64,000 bases of DNA, taken from the NCBI GenBank assembly GCA_013115125.1, contig JABANN010000004.1, positions 1 to 64,000 of the forward strand, read 5' to 3'. This document shows positions 1 through 11,576 of the stretch, piece by piece. The stretch comes from Perkinsus olseni (Eukaryota). Position 1 is the stretch's first letter. The number at the start of each line of letters is the position of its first letter. The position numbers and the translations under genes were made by a program. The notes beneath the pieces were generated by a model. It was not told the DNA's origin. It saw nothing but the letters and a program-made list of their open reading frames with translations, and ran no database searches.

Positions 1-1862
1 CTAAGATAGCTGATGGTCAGAGCCAGAACTATGATGCATCCGGCAACTATTCTATTGGGGTTATCGAGAAGTGCTTGAAGCGATTCGGCGAGCTCAAGGT
101 AGCACAGCTTAAGTAACCTCCTTCTCATTCGAGTTTCGCCGGGCCTCGGCGGAATGTGACTGAGGGAGTCGTCTTTTTCAGTGCGTGAACATCATGGGGT
201 CCAAGACCAGAAGCGAGGTCTTCTCAGCTCCCCACTTAGAAAGTGGCTACGTGTGCAACCAGAGCAACCACTGGTTCAGTCTTAGAAGGTAAACACGCCC
301 CTGGCATCTACGCTGTATCAGCCCTATATTCAGGGTCGGTTCTGGGTCTCCGGCCAGCCAGACATGGTGGAATTTGGATTCTCTGCGTCTACAGGCTCCT
401 GCCAAGCTCTCTAGCCCAGCGGAGCTTTCCTCGCTCATACAGTCAGTCGTTGGACAGGTGAACAGTTCTCGGTGGCTTTTCGCGACTGGCCCTCTACTGT
501 CGTCAATTCCGCAGGGATACACCGTTTTTGTTGTTCGCGGCAATGTACCGCTACCGCAGCCCTCTAAGACCGCAAACTCTGGTGGTAATAATGTGCCCGC
601 TTCTTTGTCTTTTTCCCATGCCAGTGCCTAGGTATGATGACCCTTTCCTCGAACAACGGTATGAAGGGTATGTATCTCACAGAGAGGGAGGCAGCTGAGA
701 TGGCAGCCCGGGCTAAGACTACGGGAAATACGAGTAGTAGTATGGCGGGTCAGGCCATCATAGCTACACCATAGCACGGGGGAGGTGGGAGGAGTTCACT
801 CAAATCCATTGATGGATGGCCGTACCCACATGACGGCCAACTCCATGATGGTCTGCAGGCATAAGATTTAGGCCTCGAAAATTCCGAGTCTAAGTCTAAC
901 AGCCTCTTGCAGGGGATAAGAAATCGTGACCCAATCATCCGAAAGCGCCCGATCCTCTAGTCGAGATTTTCTCTTTTTCGAAGCTCGATAAGTACCCTCG
1001 TCAGGCGGCGGTGCGGCGAGCGGGGATGATGGAGGAGCAGCATTTACCATGATAGCCCCTAGTGGTGCCCGTAACCACGAGCAACCCCAAAAGGTATGAT
1101 GGAACTGCCCACCCTGAAGGCATCTTGTTCACCGTCAGACCGACTGGAGTGCGCTCGGGGCGGGCCGGTCTCTCGGAACTTCGACAGAAAGTAGCGGTCC
1201 GTCCCCTCAACCAGAGACTGATGATCCTGAGCTTGCCGCTGCTCTTGCCGCTAGTCTCAATGAGGTGACACCCGCTCTCCTTTCGTCACGCAGTGAACCT
1301 CACTCTAAGCAGGTCAAGATCCCCGCTCCTGCTGACGAGCCAGCGGCATCCGGTCCACGAGTGACGACAGTGCAGGTACGACTGCCTACCGGAAAGCGAT
1401 GGACTAGGCGCTTCAGTCTGGACACAAACACGCTGGGGTAGTACACACGGGAGAATCGTCCGTATTTGCCGACTGACATTGATGGTTCCAGGGACCTGTT
1501 CTCGTGGATGGAGTGGCAGTCACTTGAAGATAGCAAGACTACTGGTGGACAGATGCCCCTACTCACCTCCCTCGGGGGCTACGATGTCCTCAAACAAGTA
1601 AGTACCGTCTTGCCTTCGACGACAATTCGTTTAAGTCCTGGGCGGAGTTTGCGAGCTTTCCGACCATCAGGGATTCGGACCTTCTCGTCGCAAATTCCAC
1701 CGAGTTCCTGCCACGCAGAAGATCATTCAGAGTGGGGAGGCTACCGAAATCGAGTGCACGTCTCTGGGCGAGGTAAAGTTCAGTGATGGCGAGCTCCTTT
1801 CCTCAGTGTCAACTCAGGCTGGCTTCGAGACGGGTCAAGAGGCGGTCATCCTGCAGGTGTAG
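1..1862 (+). CDS. Josephin/ataxin-3-like deubiquitinase with UIM and C-terminal UBX domain (5' truncated, multi-exon)
   Basis: Spliced translation gives SQNYDASGNYSIGVIEKCLKRFG...GYVCNQSNHWFSLRR...WWNLDSL...GYTVFVVRGNVP, which follows the ataxin-3 Josephin pattern. UIM-like DDPELAAALAASLNE at ~1214-1265. UBX-like TTVQVRLPTGKRWTRRF...DLFSWME...AGFETGQEAVILQV* ends at TAG 1860-1862. Confidence 0.85.
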
Positions 1863-1999
1863 GAAGTGCAATATTCATCAGTATTTTAGCGTTTTTTCTG
1901 TGAAGTCTCAGTGGTCACTCTCTTGCGTTCAAGTAGCCAATTGTCGTTCTCTGAAGCCGTCTGATAGATTCTCAGTCTACCTGCTTGAATGTCTTCTAC

Positions 2000-4695
2000 A
2001 TGTTTAAGAAGCTCTTCGGCTCATCATCAACAAAGAAGAAGAAACGAGAAGGGAGCTCCCCCGCGCCCGCGCCAGTAGCCTTGAAAAAGCCGAAACTGGC
2101 TCCGAAGGTCCCTGAAGCTGCGGTCCAAGGCGAACGGTCGTCGGCTTACTTGGAGAAGGTACTGGAATATGCTAGCGGCTGCTCGCCAGCAGCGACCTCG
2201 GTTTTCATTTCAGAAGAAGAGCAAACAGGCCTGTGCAACATGCGGGTCGACTGAGTTTCGGGAATCCGCTGACTGGGGTTTCCTCATTTGTGCGGTGTGT
2301 GGTGAGGCCTCATCACAACGTATTGAAGAGGAAGAGTTCGATGAGACGGAGCAGCGCGGTGTCATCAGGAGGATGAACATCAGTAAGGAACTCCCGCACT
2401 GCGTGTTCCCACTGGAATGCTCGCATCGCGGTTTTGCCGAGCCCTCCTGTGGAATGGAATTCGATAGTGATGCTCGGCTCATCGCTCAAGGTAATTTGAC
2501 CAAGAAGGACCCGAACAGGAGGCGATTGAGGAAAGAGCAGACATCGGTCGTACACAAACGGACGGAGGAGCTGCGGTCACAGGAGGAGCTCGTCTACTGC
2601 TTCCAACTCTGCCTCAAGCGGGTGGCCAAGGAGGTACTGAAGGAAGGGGGTATAGTGTGGCCAAGAGCGCTTTCGGGTAGGCATGCGAAGCCCTCAACCT
2701 CGGACAGCCAGCGCGGAGGCGAGTTCTTGATAACACCCGAGATGCCTGGCGGGAGTACTTGGAACTTGCCGCGTCTGATCGTGTTGCGGGAGGGCCTAGA
2801 GCGGTCATCAGCAAGGTCTTCTACGATCGCCATATTAACTCTAGGACTTACGGCAGCCGGTCTGTCGTCCCTGTGTCTGGTACCGCCTCTAAGAGAATGG
2901 ATATGGCCATGGCCAAGTTCGAGGAGAAGCCTACCGAGGCTGCCCCGCGGCTGGCGATGAGCGCCAACGCTCGGGGCCTCATCCGGGCTCTGGAGAAGCG
3001 GAAGCTCCAGGCCCCGAGGAAGGAAATGACGACGCGTAGAGGGAGGAGGATAAAGATGGATGAAGGGGAGATGGCCGACCTGCTGTATGAGCATGATTGG
3101 CTTGCGATGAGGCTACACCGGCCGATGGACGAACCCCTGCCTTCGGCGTTCCTGGAGAGGAGCGGTCGACTGAAGGACACTGACTACGAAGGCAGACAAG
3201 TCGCTGTTAGGGTGAAGTTCAAAAAGGAGAGGGCGAAGGTTGAGAAGATGTGGGCACTTGAAGAGGAACGGAAGCTGGCCATCGAGGAGGAGCTGGGGCA
3301 CTCAATTGAGTCCTCTTCTCCCACTCCGGAGGCCCCCACGCCGTCCCCTGAGACCGGCGCTGTCACCTCTATGAAGAGCGAGGAGTCACCGGAGCCCGAC
3401 CTGTCGGCAGTTGCGATCTTCGAGCCACCCCCACCCACCCAGGAGACCAGCTCGGAAGAAGGCAGTGCTACGACTGAGGATGAGATAGTGCAGACAACAG
3501 CCACGCCATCCGAGGCACAGGAAGACACTCCACCTGCGATAACGCCGTCGACCCCAGAAATTGACTTTGACGATCCTGCTGGGTTGAACGAACCCGCCAC
3601 TGGTCTCACCCTTCCCCCCATGGACTTTGCTCTATTGCTCTCATTGGTCCTGCTCGCTCTGCGTCGCTCACATGTTGGTGTAGTGAGTGGACGGATGGTG
3701 GAGTGGATCCTTACCGGTGCCGTTGACTACAATCGTTTGCACGTACTGCTACCTCCTGAATTGAACCCTATGAATTTCCGGCCCGAGATCGAGGGCAGCT
3801 GCTCTGCCCTGAGACCTCGCTATCTGCCCTGCAGCTACCAACTTGACCGAATCCTCATGCGCCTTAGGGATCGATTTAACATGACGGTGAGAATATTATC
3901 ATGAAGATGTGTACCCTGATGGCTTCCTGTCAGGTTCCGCCTCTTCCCGTGGACTGTCTCATCATCGATACCCTGAAAGCAATAGGCTTTTCAGAGTGTA
4001 TCGACCTTGCCCTCCGACTGCTGGACTGGCTCGCTGCCCCAGTCTGTCCCCTTCATGAAGTGGAGTACTTTCCCAGCTATCCTTTCGGCTATCTTTATAG
4101 TATGTCGAATAAGGCTGAGGACATTCTGCCAGCCGAGGAGACGGAGCCTCTCGACCCTCCCATTCACGGGTTCTGCCCTCCAGTTCTCACTTGTGCGGCG
4201 CTGGTGGTCATCGCCGTGAAACTGTCAGTGCCGGGGCTTTACGAGGAAGGCCCCAATCTGCTACCGAAGACTCATCAGATGAGTCTTAATTGTGTGCAAT
4301 GGTGGAACGGCTTCACCGCCGAAGAACGCATGGACTTCCTAACATACTGCCAGGAGGAGCTCTTCAGCGACTACAGGCCATGCCTGGCTCCTGAGCTGCA
4401 GGAACGACTCAATCCTCAACGGCCATACCATCCACTGAAGTGCCAACGAGGGAGAAGGCCCGATTTAAAGGTTTCAGAGTCCCCTCCTTCACAGTACCGG
4501 ACATACTACCGGTCGCGGGGGGCCTGTCGGATAGATTTCGATAATGGACAGATGCCCCCGGTATATGCCTGGCTGCTCGATTCGGTGTGTTCTGTACTCC
4601 ACACTGATAGCGACGACCTTGATCGTGAGATATCAAGTCTCGAAGATTGGCTGTTCAAGCGAGAAGCTCCTGCACGGCAGGATGGTAATGGCTGA
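2000..4695 (+). CDS. Rrn7/TAF1B-like RNA polymerase I initiation factor (TFIIB-type Zn ribbon plus cyclin-like folds), multi-exon
   Basis: Zn ribbon CATCGSTEFRESADWGFLICAVCGE followed by acidic EEEEFDE. Later FQLCLK...DAWREYLEL and LLSLVLLALRRSHVGVVSGRMVEWILTGAVDYNRLHVLLP resemble Rrn7/TAF1B. The ATG 2000 start needs a GC-AG intron at 2130-2175; ATG 2169 is the alternative start. Confidence 0.65.
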
Positions 4696-4889
4696 CTGAT
4701 TGTCTGTTTGGTAGCACCTGTGTCTTCCTTAACGTCAATTCTACGTACATAACTATAAGTGTGTATTATTCTGATATTCTTCACTTCACATTTATTCGGT
4801 TGCGTTTGAACAGTCACAGGGCCCACATTCGATAAGAGTCTTGAACACCACCAGTTTCTGTGTGCAGCATGGATGGGTTGGTTACCCAA

Positions 4890-6145
4890 ATTGGGTAACC
4901 CAATCAGCTGCTTAGAGCAAGTATCCACTACGCGACTAGACTCCTGCTCGCCTGAACTCAGCCTACCGGCTCGTAGGTGTAATCATGCCCCGTCAGAAAG
5001 CGCCAATTCGATAGGTCTTCGGAGAGAACATTCGACTTGCAACACGGCTCCGAGCAGAACACATGAAATTGGTATCTTCAGGAATCAACTTGCAAAGTTC
5101 CTTCACGATCTTGTTAGTAGACCGGCGGTCTTCAGCTTTCTCTCGCCGCAGTTCCCTCTCGAGCCGTTGAACCTCCGGGGAGGGGTTGATCATGCTCCTT
5201 AGGTCGTGATGGGCCGCAGCATACTGACAACAACAAGCCTCGCTCAAACACCCCATCACGTCGGGAAAGACTTTACTTTGGATCGGCGTGCCTGGGCCTT
5301 GGCTCGCCAGAACAATGCCTTATCTCTCATGGCCGTAGCCAACTCACTGGAAGCCCTCTCTAGTACACCCCAAGCAGTGGCAAGGTAAACACACCGCGTG
5401 AGAAGAGCTATAGCTACCTGATATCGAGGTTTGCCCAGAACAAGTCAGTCGGCTCCCTTAGTACCGAAACTTCGGTAGACGTAAGTCGCTTTCGACTAAG
5501 ACGTGAACGCGCTGTGTTGAGCAGCATCGCACATTGTGCCTGGGTGAGACCCTCGTTGCCCGGCATGAACATGAGCAGCTTGCTCGAGTCTCTAACGGTA
5601 ACAACTGCACCCTCGACGGACTCGGACGCCGAGGAGGTCTTCTCGTCTATCAGGAGCTTCTCCTCGAGCACTGGGCCTGCGTGGTTCTTTCGGTTAGACA
5701 CCCGGGCCACTCTAGCCTGGCCACCGGAGGAGTACACGCAGAAGCAACCCTTTGTGGCATCTCGTAGCCGCCTAAAGGCAAATGGTTTTCGTGGCTACAG
5801 CCTACCCAACTACTACCTTTGTATCTCCTCCAGTCCACGCTCATACCACTCCGTAGCCGCTTCGAAGTCTTTCAATTTGAACAGTGAATTGGCCCAGCTC
5901 TTCACAGTCTCAGCCATTGTTGTGACGTCGCAGCTCTCGAGATCCTCCTTGGCAGCCGTGCCGTTCTCAAAGTCCTCCAAAGGCCTCACCGCATCCAAGG
6001 GGATGTTGTTCACTTCGGTATCATCATCAAGGATGATGTCACAATCTTCGGTATCGACCCATGCAACTGTCCCTCGCCTTCGCTCGCCGGATGCGGGATC
6101 GACTACACACCGGACATGTGCTCCTACTTGACACGTTTCAGTCAT
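4890..6145 (-). CDS. TPR-containing protein with N-terminal Tudor/SH3-like barrel (3' end approximate)
   Basis: QVGAHVRCVVDPASGERRRGTVAWVDTEDCDIILDDDTEVNNIPLDAVRPL, then TPR helices AETVKSWANSLFKLKDFEAATEWYERGL, MLLNTARSRL and KALFWRAKAQ. Confidence 0.65.
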
Positions 6146-6264
6146 TAGTGATGGCAAAACAATCTTAAGGCTGCAGCCAAATCCCGGCCCGTAACGACTC
6201 AAGACAACCAGAGCTGAAACCGAGACACAAAGTATTTCGAGGCGCGTTATCAAACCTCATCCAT

Positions 6265-7572
6265 CTAAGCTTGTACCTGCTGGACACAGCAATACAGGCT
6301 CGATGTGTCGGTCGAACCCACTACCATTTCCTGGTCTCCATCGCCCTCAATTGGCACGAACTCGCCATCTTTGATGATAGTCTTAGTCACAGTAGTCACT
6401 ACCGGGGTGGTTCCGATGGGGAATTTGTAGCCAGCAGGATTACGGAATGTCCTGATGGGGCAATGGTATGCGACTCTACCCATAAGGAAGGACCGGGTAG
6501 TACCTTGGTGTGGGTCGAGCTGCCGGCCTGATGTGCTTGGGACTGTGGTCCTTGGTGATGATCACGCAATCAACGTTGCCACCGGAGCCGAGATCGTTCA
6601 TGACACCAGCCGTGATCGCCTTCTTGACTAGCTCAACACCTTCCTCGGCAGTCATGTTGTCCTTGTATCTGCCAAAGAATTGAGTGCATGCCGAAGCGAA
6701 CCGGAAGGGTTCATGTTACCCTGTCTCGAGCACGGACATGGCCGCAAGACTACCACTGCCCATCGCAGCGAAGGGAAGGGAATCCGTGGATCTGATTGGA
6801 AAAGCGTAAATTCGCCATCCTTGGCAGCAGCAGAGGTGTCACCCGTGGGGATAGATCTGGTAGAGCTGAGGGCCTTTGACGTCGACACCACCGAGGACCT
6901 GCAAATCAAAAACTACCACCAGGTGATGGCGACGGGTACGTCAGCTTACCAACGCGCATCCGACATATCCTTGGTACTGGAAGAGGTAGTCCGACAAACG
7001 CTTCACACAGGTGCCAACACGAGGCTGACAATGGTGATAAAAAGCTTGACTGCTCCCCGTCCCCGCCTACTACCTGAGCTTCAGTAGCCAGTCTATGGAG
7101 CTCCATTTGGCTCCTGATCTTCTTCGTAGTGTGCTCCAGATCAGCAGCAGTACCAGCACCGGCTGGAGGGAAGGGTGTGACGAACTTACTCAGCTTGGGT
7201 AGGTCTTACCACAGTAGATGTTCTCGGCCATGTAATGCAGCTTGTTACAGTTCTTATCAGCTACGATGGGCCCAGTGGTGGCTCTAGTATCAGCGCCGAG
7301 TACGACACAGGAGGCGCAGACAACACCGCAAATAGTCGTACCTGCCACAGTGAGAGCGCTGCCATTACGCGTACTGAAGACAAGCCAGCCTACCGGTCTT
7401 CATAGTAGTGAAGGGACGGACAACACCGTTAGCAACCATCTGCTTGTTGCGCTTGACCTGGGTGAAATGAGATGACAGTGCGACACAGTTTGGCAAGCCC
7501 TACATTGTCGAAGCTGAAGCCTCCGCGGTTCTCAGAGATGGCGGAGACGTACTGTGAGCAAGCTGAGTCCAT
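6265..7572 (-). CDS. PSMB7: 20S proteasome subunit beta-2 (PSMB7/Pup1 type)
   Basis: Propeptide GGFSFDNV, then [61 protein letters not shown]-type segment and [17 protein letters not shown]. Confidence 0.93.
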
Positions 7573-7669
7573 TGTTTATTGAAATACGACACAAAAAACC
7601 CTACGAGAACGGCGACGTCCGAGAGAGTGCGGAGGAACTGAACCCAATGACCTGTGAAGAGAAACGTAG

Positions 7670-8644
7670 CTATTCTCGTGGGTCATCTTTAATGCAATCA
7701 AAAATATGATATACCCCATCGGAGCGGTCTCGCATAGCAACCTGCAGCCCACAGCTGCTGCAGAAGACCTGATAGAGCGAATGAAGTGCGATGACCGGAG
7801 AAGTTGGTACTACCGGATTATAGGTATCAGGTCCGTCCTTGTACGAAGTCACCTTCCCCTCGTCGACGCGACAGTTCCGAACCTCCACAGCTCGATATTG
7901 ATTACTATACCTGTACTGCTACGATAACCAAGGGTACGAGGAGCCTTACTCCACTACCGAGCATGCTCTTGACAGACATAGCAGATCTGTGTGAAGCATT
8001 GGGGGCACGACAAAACCGCATCCGAATGCTTCACTTTCCGCCGTCTACCACTGCCGTGTTGCTCTGCACTGTCCTCCTCGGAGGCAACGTGTGTGAACTG
8101 ACTGACGTACCTGAATCGAGGCTCTCACAGAATTCGGTTGTCTATGGTTTAACTTGGGAATATCAAAGTGGGTAGAAAGCCGACTTCGCGGTTGCGTGGC
8201 GGGTAAATCCGAGCCCTATTACTCCTCATCCTTGTCGTCCATGTCGGGATCGTATAAGTCATCCTTCAAGGGATCCTCGGCGAACCGTTTTTCCTGTTTT
8301 TCTATCAAATCGTTCGATCGCTTCCTCGTGGGGCTCGATGCCTCCTTCTTCAGTAAGTTGTGGGCATCTTCATTGGCCGCCCCAAGTTTCTAAAGGAGCC
8401 CAAAAACACACTACTCTTTATCACAATTCAACTACGGCACGACTACCGGCCACCCTCTTAAAATCTTTCACGCTCGCCGAGAACGATACTACTCGACACA
8501 CTGTCTGTCTACTAGTGACTCTTGTCCCGTCTTCCGAAAGCATTCTTCCCACCACGGACCCGCCCTTACTTCCACTTTCGCGACCAGGAAGTCCGAGGTC
8601 GAAGAGGAGAAGTCTGCCGGCTCCCAGTCGCTGGAGTCCCCCAT
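7670..8644 (-). CDS. EAPP: E2F-associated phosphoprotein (EAPP)-like
   Basis: LYDPDMDDKDEE, CPQCFTQICYVCQEH, NQYRAVEVRNC and VFCSSCGLQVAMRDRSDGVYHIFDCI match the EAPP C-terminal domain pattern. Confidence 0.8.
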
Positions 8645-8980
8645 TGACGCTTTGCTGCTCAAATCGCGCTGGACAACACGCCGGCCATTAAAAAAATCGA
8701 TCGCTACGGCGCGCGCCAAAAAATTCTAAAGCTCACGCGGATAGGGGCCTTCCTCTGCCTTGCTAATCGTTCGCGCTAACAGGGAGTAGGTTAAGCATCG
8801 TAGTAGCGTCAACTAGGCCCCAGTAGAAGCATAGGGTGAGGAGGATGTTACTGTGCTGAGGTCGGCGCTGTCGGAGGGCTGCCGAACGGGTCGAGGCCTT
8901 AGGGGGCTCGCTGTGGGTGACATTGATGGTAGGTTGGGGGAGATGATCGATGTTAGCAGTAGTTGCCAGTCCGTAGTAGC

Positions 8981-9641
8981 ATGTCCCGTGTTCAAGAGAT
9001 CCCCGCTAAAGAGGTCGAGGAGGGCGTCGTCGAGTCTGACACTGACACCGACGATGAGATGCCCACCTTGGAAGCCACTAACGGCGAAGTCCCCGAGGGC
9101 GCCGCCGTCCACGAGGCCCGCACCAAGCTCAACCGTGCCGAGAAGAAGGCACGCAGGGCCATGCAGAAGCTCGGCATGAAGGCTGTCCCTGATGTCGTCA
9201 GAGTTACCTGCAGAAAGGGCAAGAACGTAATCGCGGGTGGGTGTTGGTCTTGCCGCCCTTCACCATTCTTCTCAGATGCTCTTCGTGATCTCCGAGCCTG
9301 ATGTGATGAAGGCCCCTCACGCTGACACCTACGTCGTGTTCGGCGAGGCCCGCATTGAGGACATGTCCGCCGCCTCCCAGGCCGCTGCCGCCTCTCAGTT
9401 CACTTCCACTCCTGAGGTGTCTAAGGTTGAGTCGAGCGAGTCCACCGAGGCCACCAAGGCCGAGGCTGCTGCTGCTGCTGAGCCCGAGGAGGACGAGGGC
9501 GAGGTCGATGAGACCGGTGTCGAGGCTAAGGACATCGAGCTGGTGATGAGCCAGGTGAACTGCTCTAGGGCTAAGGCTGTTAAGGCACTTAAGGCTGCCA
9601 ACAACGATATCGTCGAGGCCATCATGCAGCTCTCTCCTTAA
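8981..9641 (+). CDS. NACA: Nascent polypeptide-associated complex alpha subunit (one intron ~9227-9276)
   Basis: NRAEKKARRAMQKLGMK...FVISEPDVMKAPHADTYVVFGEARIED NAC domain and UBA DIELVMSQVNCSRAKAVKALKAANNDIVEAIMQL. Confidence 0.96.
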
Positions 9642-9949
9642 ACGGATTGCTTAGCACTTGCTGGTTGGCAACAGTCACATTGTTTCTACCACAGCCAAGA
9701 CATTCCATACCCTCTTGTGTTCAGTCTGTTATTGTGTTCTCTCGCAGGGACGAGTTTGGGTTATGATGCAACTTGGTAACGCAACAGCGAGGGGCTCGAC
9801 ATCCTGGTAAGGGCGTGACGACATGGTTAAGGTTCTCTCATCAGAAGGGAGTGGAATTCCTCCTTGGAAGTCCCTGACTAGTCTTGACGACATACCCCTT
9901 CTCCTGTCTGACTGGTGCCCGTTCGCCCGGAATTATGCCAGCTGAGAAT

Positions 9950-11364
9950 TCATCGGTTTTGCTCTACTGCACCTCCCTCATACAACCCACCATAAATCTG
10001 AGCGGCTGCTAACGCCCAGTCAGTGGTAGACGACCTTGTTATCCGAACGCGCTCCCTGGCCGTATCTGGAGCCAGCATCGTGTTCGAGGGATGAAGGTTG
10101 TCGGCTGAACTACTTGCACGCTGGATGTCTCTACGCTGCCCAGCCCTCCGTTCCTGGTCGACTCGACGGGTTCGTTCTTCCATCATTATATGATCGGACA
10201 TAGCCCGGGAAAAGACAGCCTGAGGATAGGCGGCGTGAAGCAGCTGCAGTGCGTACGCCTTACGTCTTTGATAGCTGAGTTCCGCTTCTTGTCCCTCAGT
10301 GTGGAGCGGTCGCATTTTCGGACAATCTCGTCGACGAGCTTCACCATCGCCCTGAAAGAACACGTTTGGGCTACGTGTCGGGCACTGAAGGCTGCTTACG
10401 GCAGCATTGGTATCCAAGGACCCGGCTCAATCCTTTTTGTTTCGGGAGCCTCCGTCATACCCAGGAAGCCCGAGAGAGTTTTCTATGGAATAAAGGTATT
10501 TTCATGCTTACTTTTTTGTCTAAACTCACCGCAATTTTGTATCTGCGATGCTGGATGCCGTCCAAAGATGGCTCGGTGGCCGACACTTGGCGCTCAGGTG
10601 AAAATGAACGGGACTTGAGTATTCGATCCCGCACGCTGCTCTGTATCGGTTCTACTAGCCTATGACAGACCCACAGCTCTCGCGATCGTGCACCCTGTAT
10701 GACGAGGATGTGCTTCGGGCCTTCCACGGCGACATAGTCGTCGCTTTGAACCTAACAGCCGCTCATTGAGATAAGGCAGCGTGTGCAGGCTGATCACCTT
10801 CCTCAGCATGTAGCCTCCCTGAATGATATCATAGTCCTCTCCCCATTCACCCGTGTAAGCTCGTCTCATTATATCGAAGACAATTGCTCGCTGAACTATC
10901 GGGCGAAGCTTCTTGTCACGGGGCTGATAGAGAGGACAGATGATTCTGCATCAGAGCTGCCTGTTACGCCTAGCTTACCCGTATGGCTATCCACGAGCTG
11001 CCATTGAAGTCGAATTTCTTCATCACGAAGCCTGAGAAGCATTCTTGCGGTTCACCACTAGTAGAAAGGGCAGCTCACGTGACTCCACCCCCAGGAAGGG
11101 GTACAGGTCGATTGTCGTATTGATGTCGATAGTAACGTCGAACGGCCGACACAGACGATCGATTTTCGTCTCATAATACAAGGTCCGGCCCTGGAACTTA
11201 TGCACGACGCTCTTCGCGTCCGATTCGTAAGGTAGGTATGCAAAAGCATGGAAAGTGTTGAAAGTGGCTTCCTCCCAAGCCTTGACTCGGCTCTTGGTAC
11301 GGCGAGTCATCCGCCGCACCTGGTGCTCACCTTCGAGGATGAGACGAGAGAGGCGGCCGCCCAT
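9950..11364 (-). CDS. Hypothetical multi-exon protein
   Basis: Chain of minus-strand coding-like segments (11023-11364, ~10870-10960, 10455-10727, 9950-10417) separated by short GT..AG gaps. No family recognised and exon joins are not fully resolved. Confidence 0.45.
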
Positions 11365-11472
11365 GAGAAAGATGAACTAAGAAGCGTTGATTATTCCCGC
11401 CAGAAACCCAACCCCATTAAATAAGAGGCAAGACCACACGATGATGGAGTCGTATGGCAAGTCGGAACTTAA

Positions 11473-11576
11473 GGGTTGCTCAGAGAATCAATTCTGAATT
11501 TCAGAATACATTGTGGATTCGCATCTAAAAGGTGAAAATCGATTCTGAATTTCAGAATTAGTTCTCTGAACAACCC
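11473..11576. mobile_element. 104-bp MITE-like element with 35-bp imperfect terminal inverted repeats
   Basis: Left arm GGGTTGCTCAGAGAATCAATTCTGAATTTCAGAAT (11473-11507) matches the reverse complement of the right arm (11542-11576) at 31/35 positions. AT-rich 34-bp spacer. TTAA on the left flank; TSD not cleanly duplicated. Confidence 0.65.
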
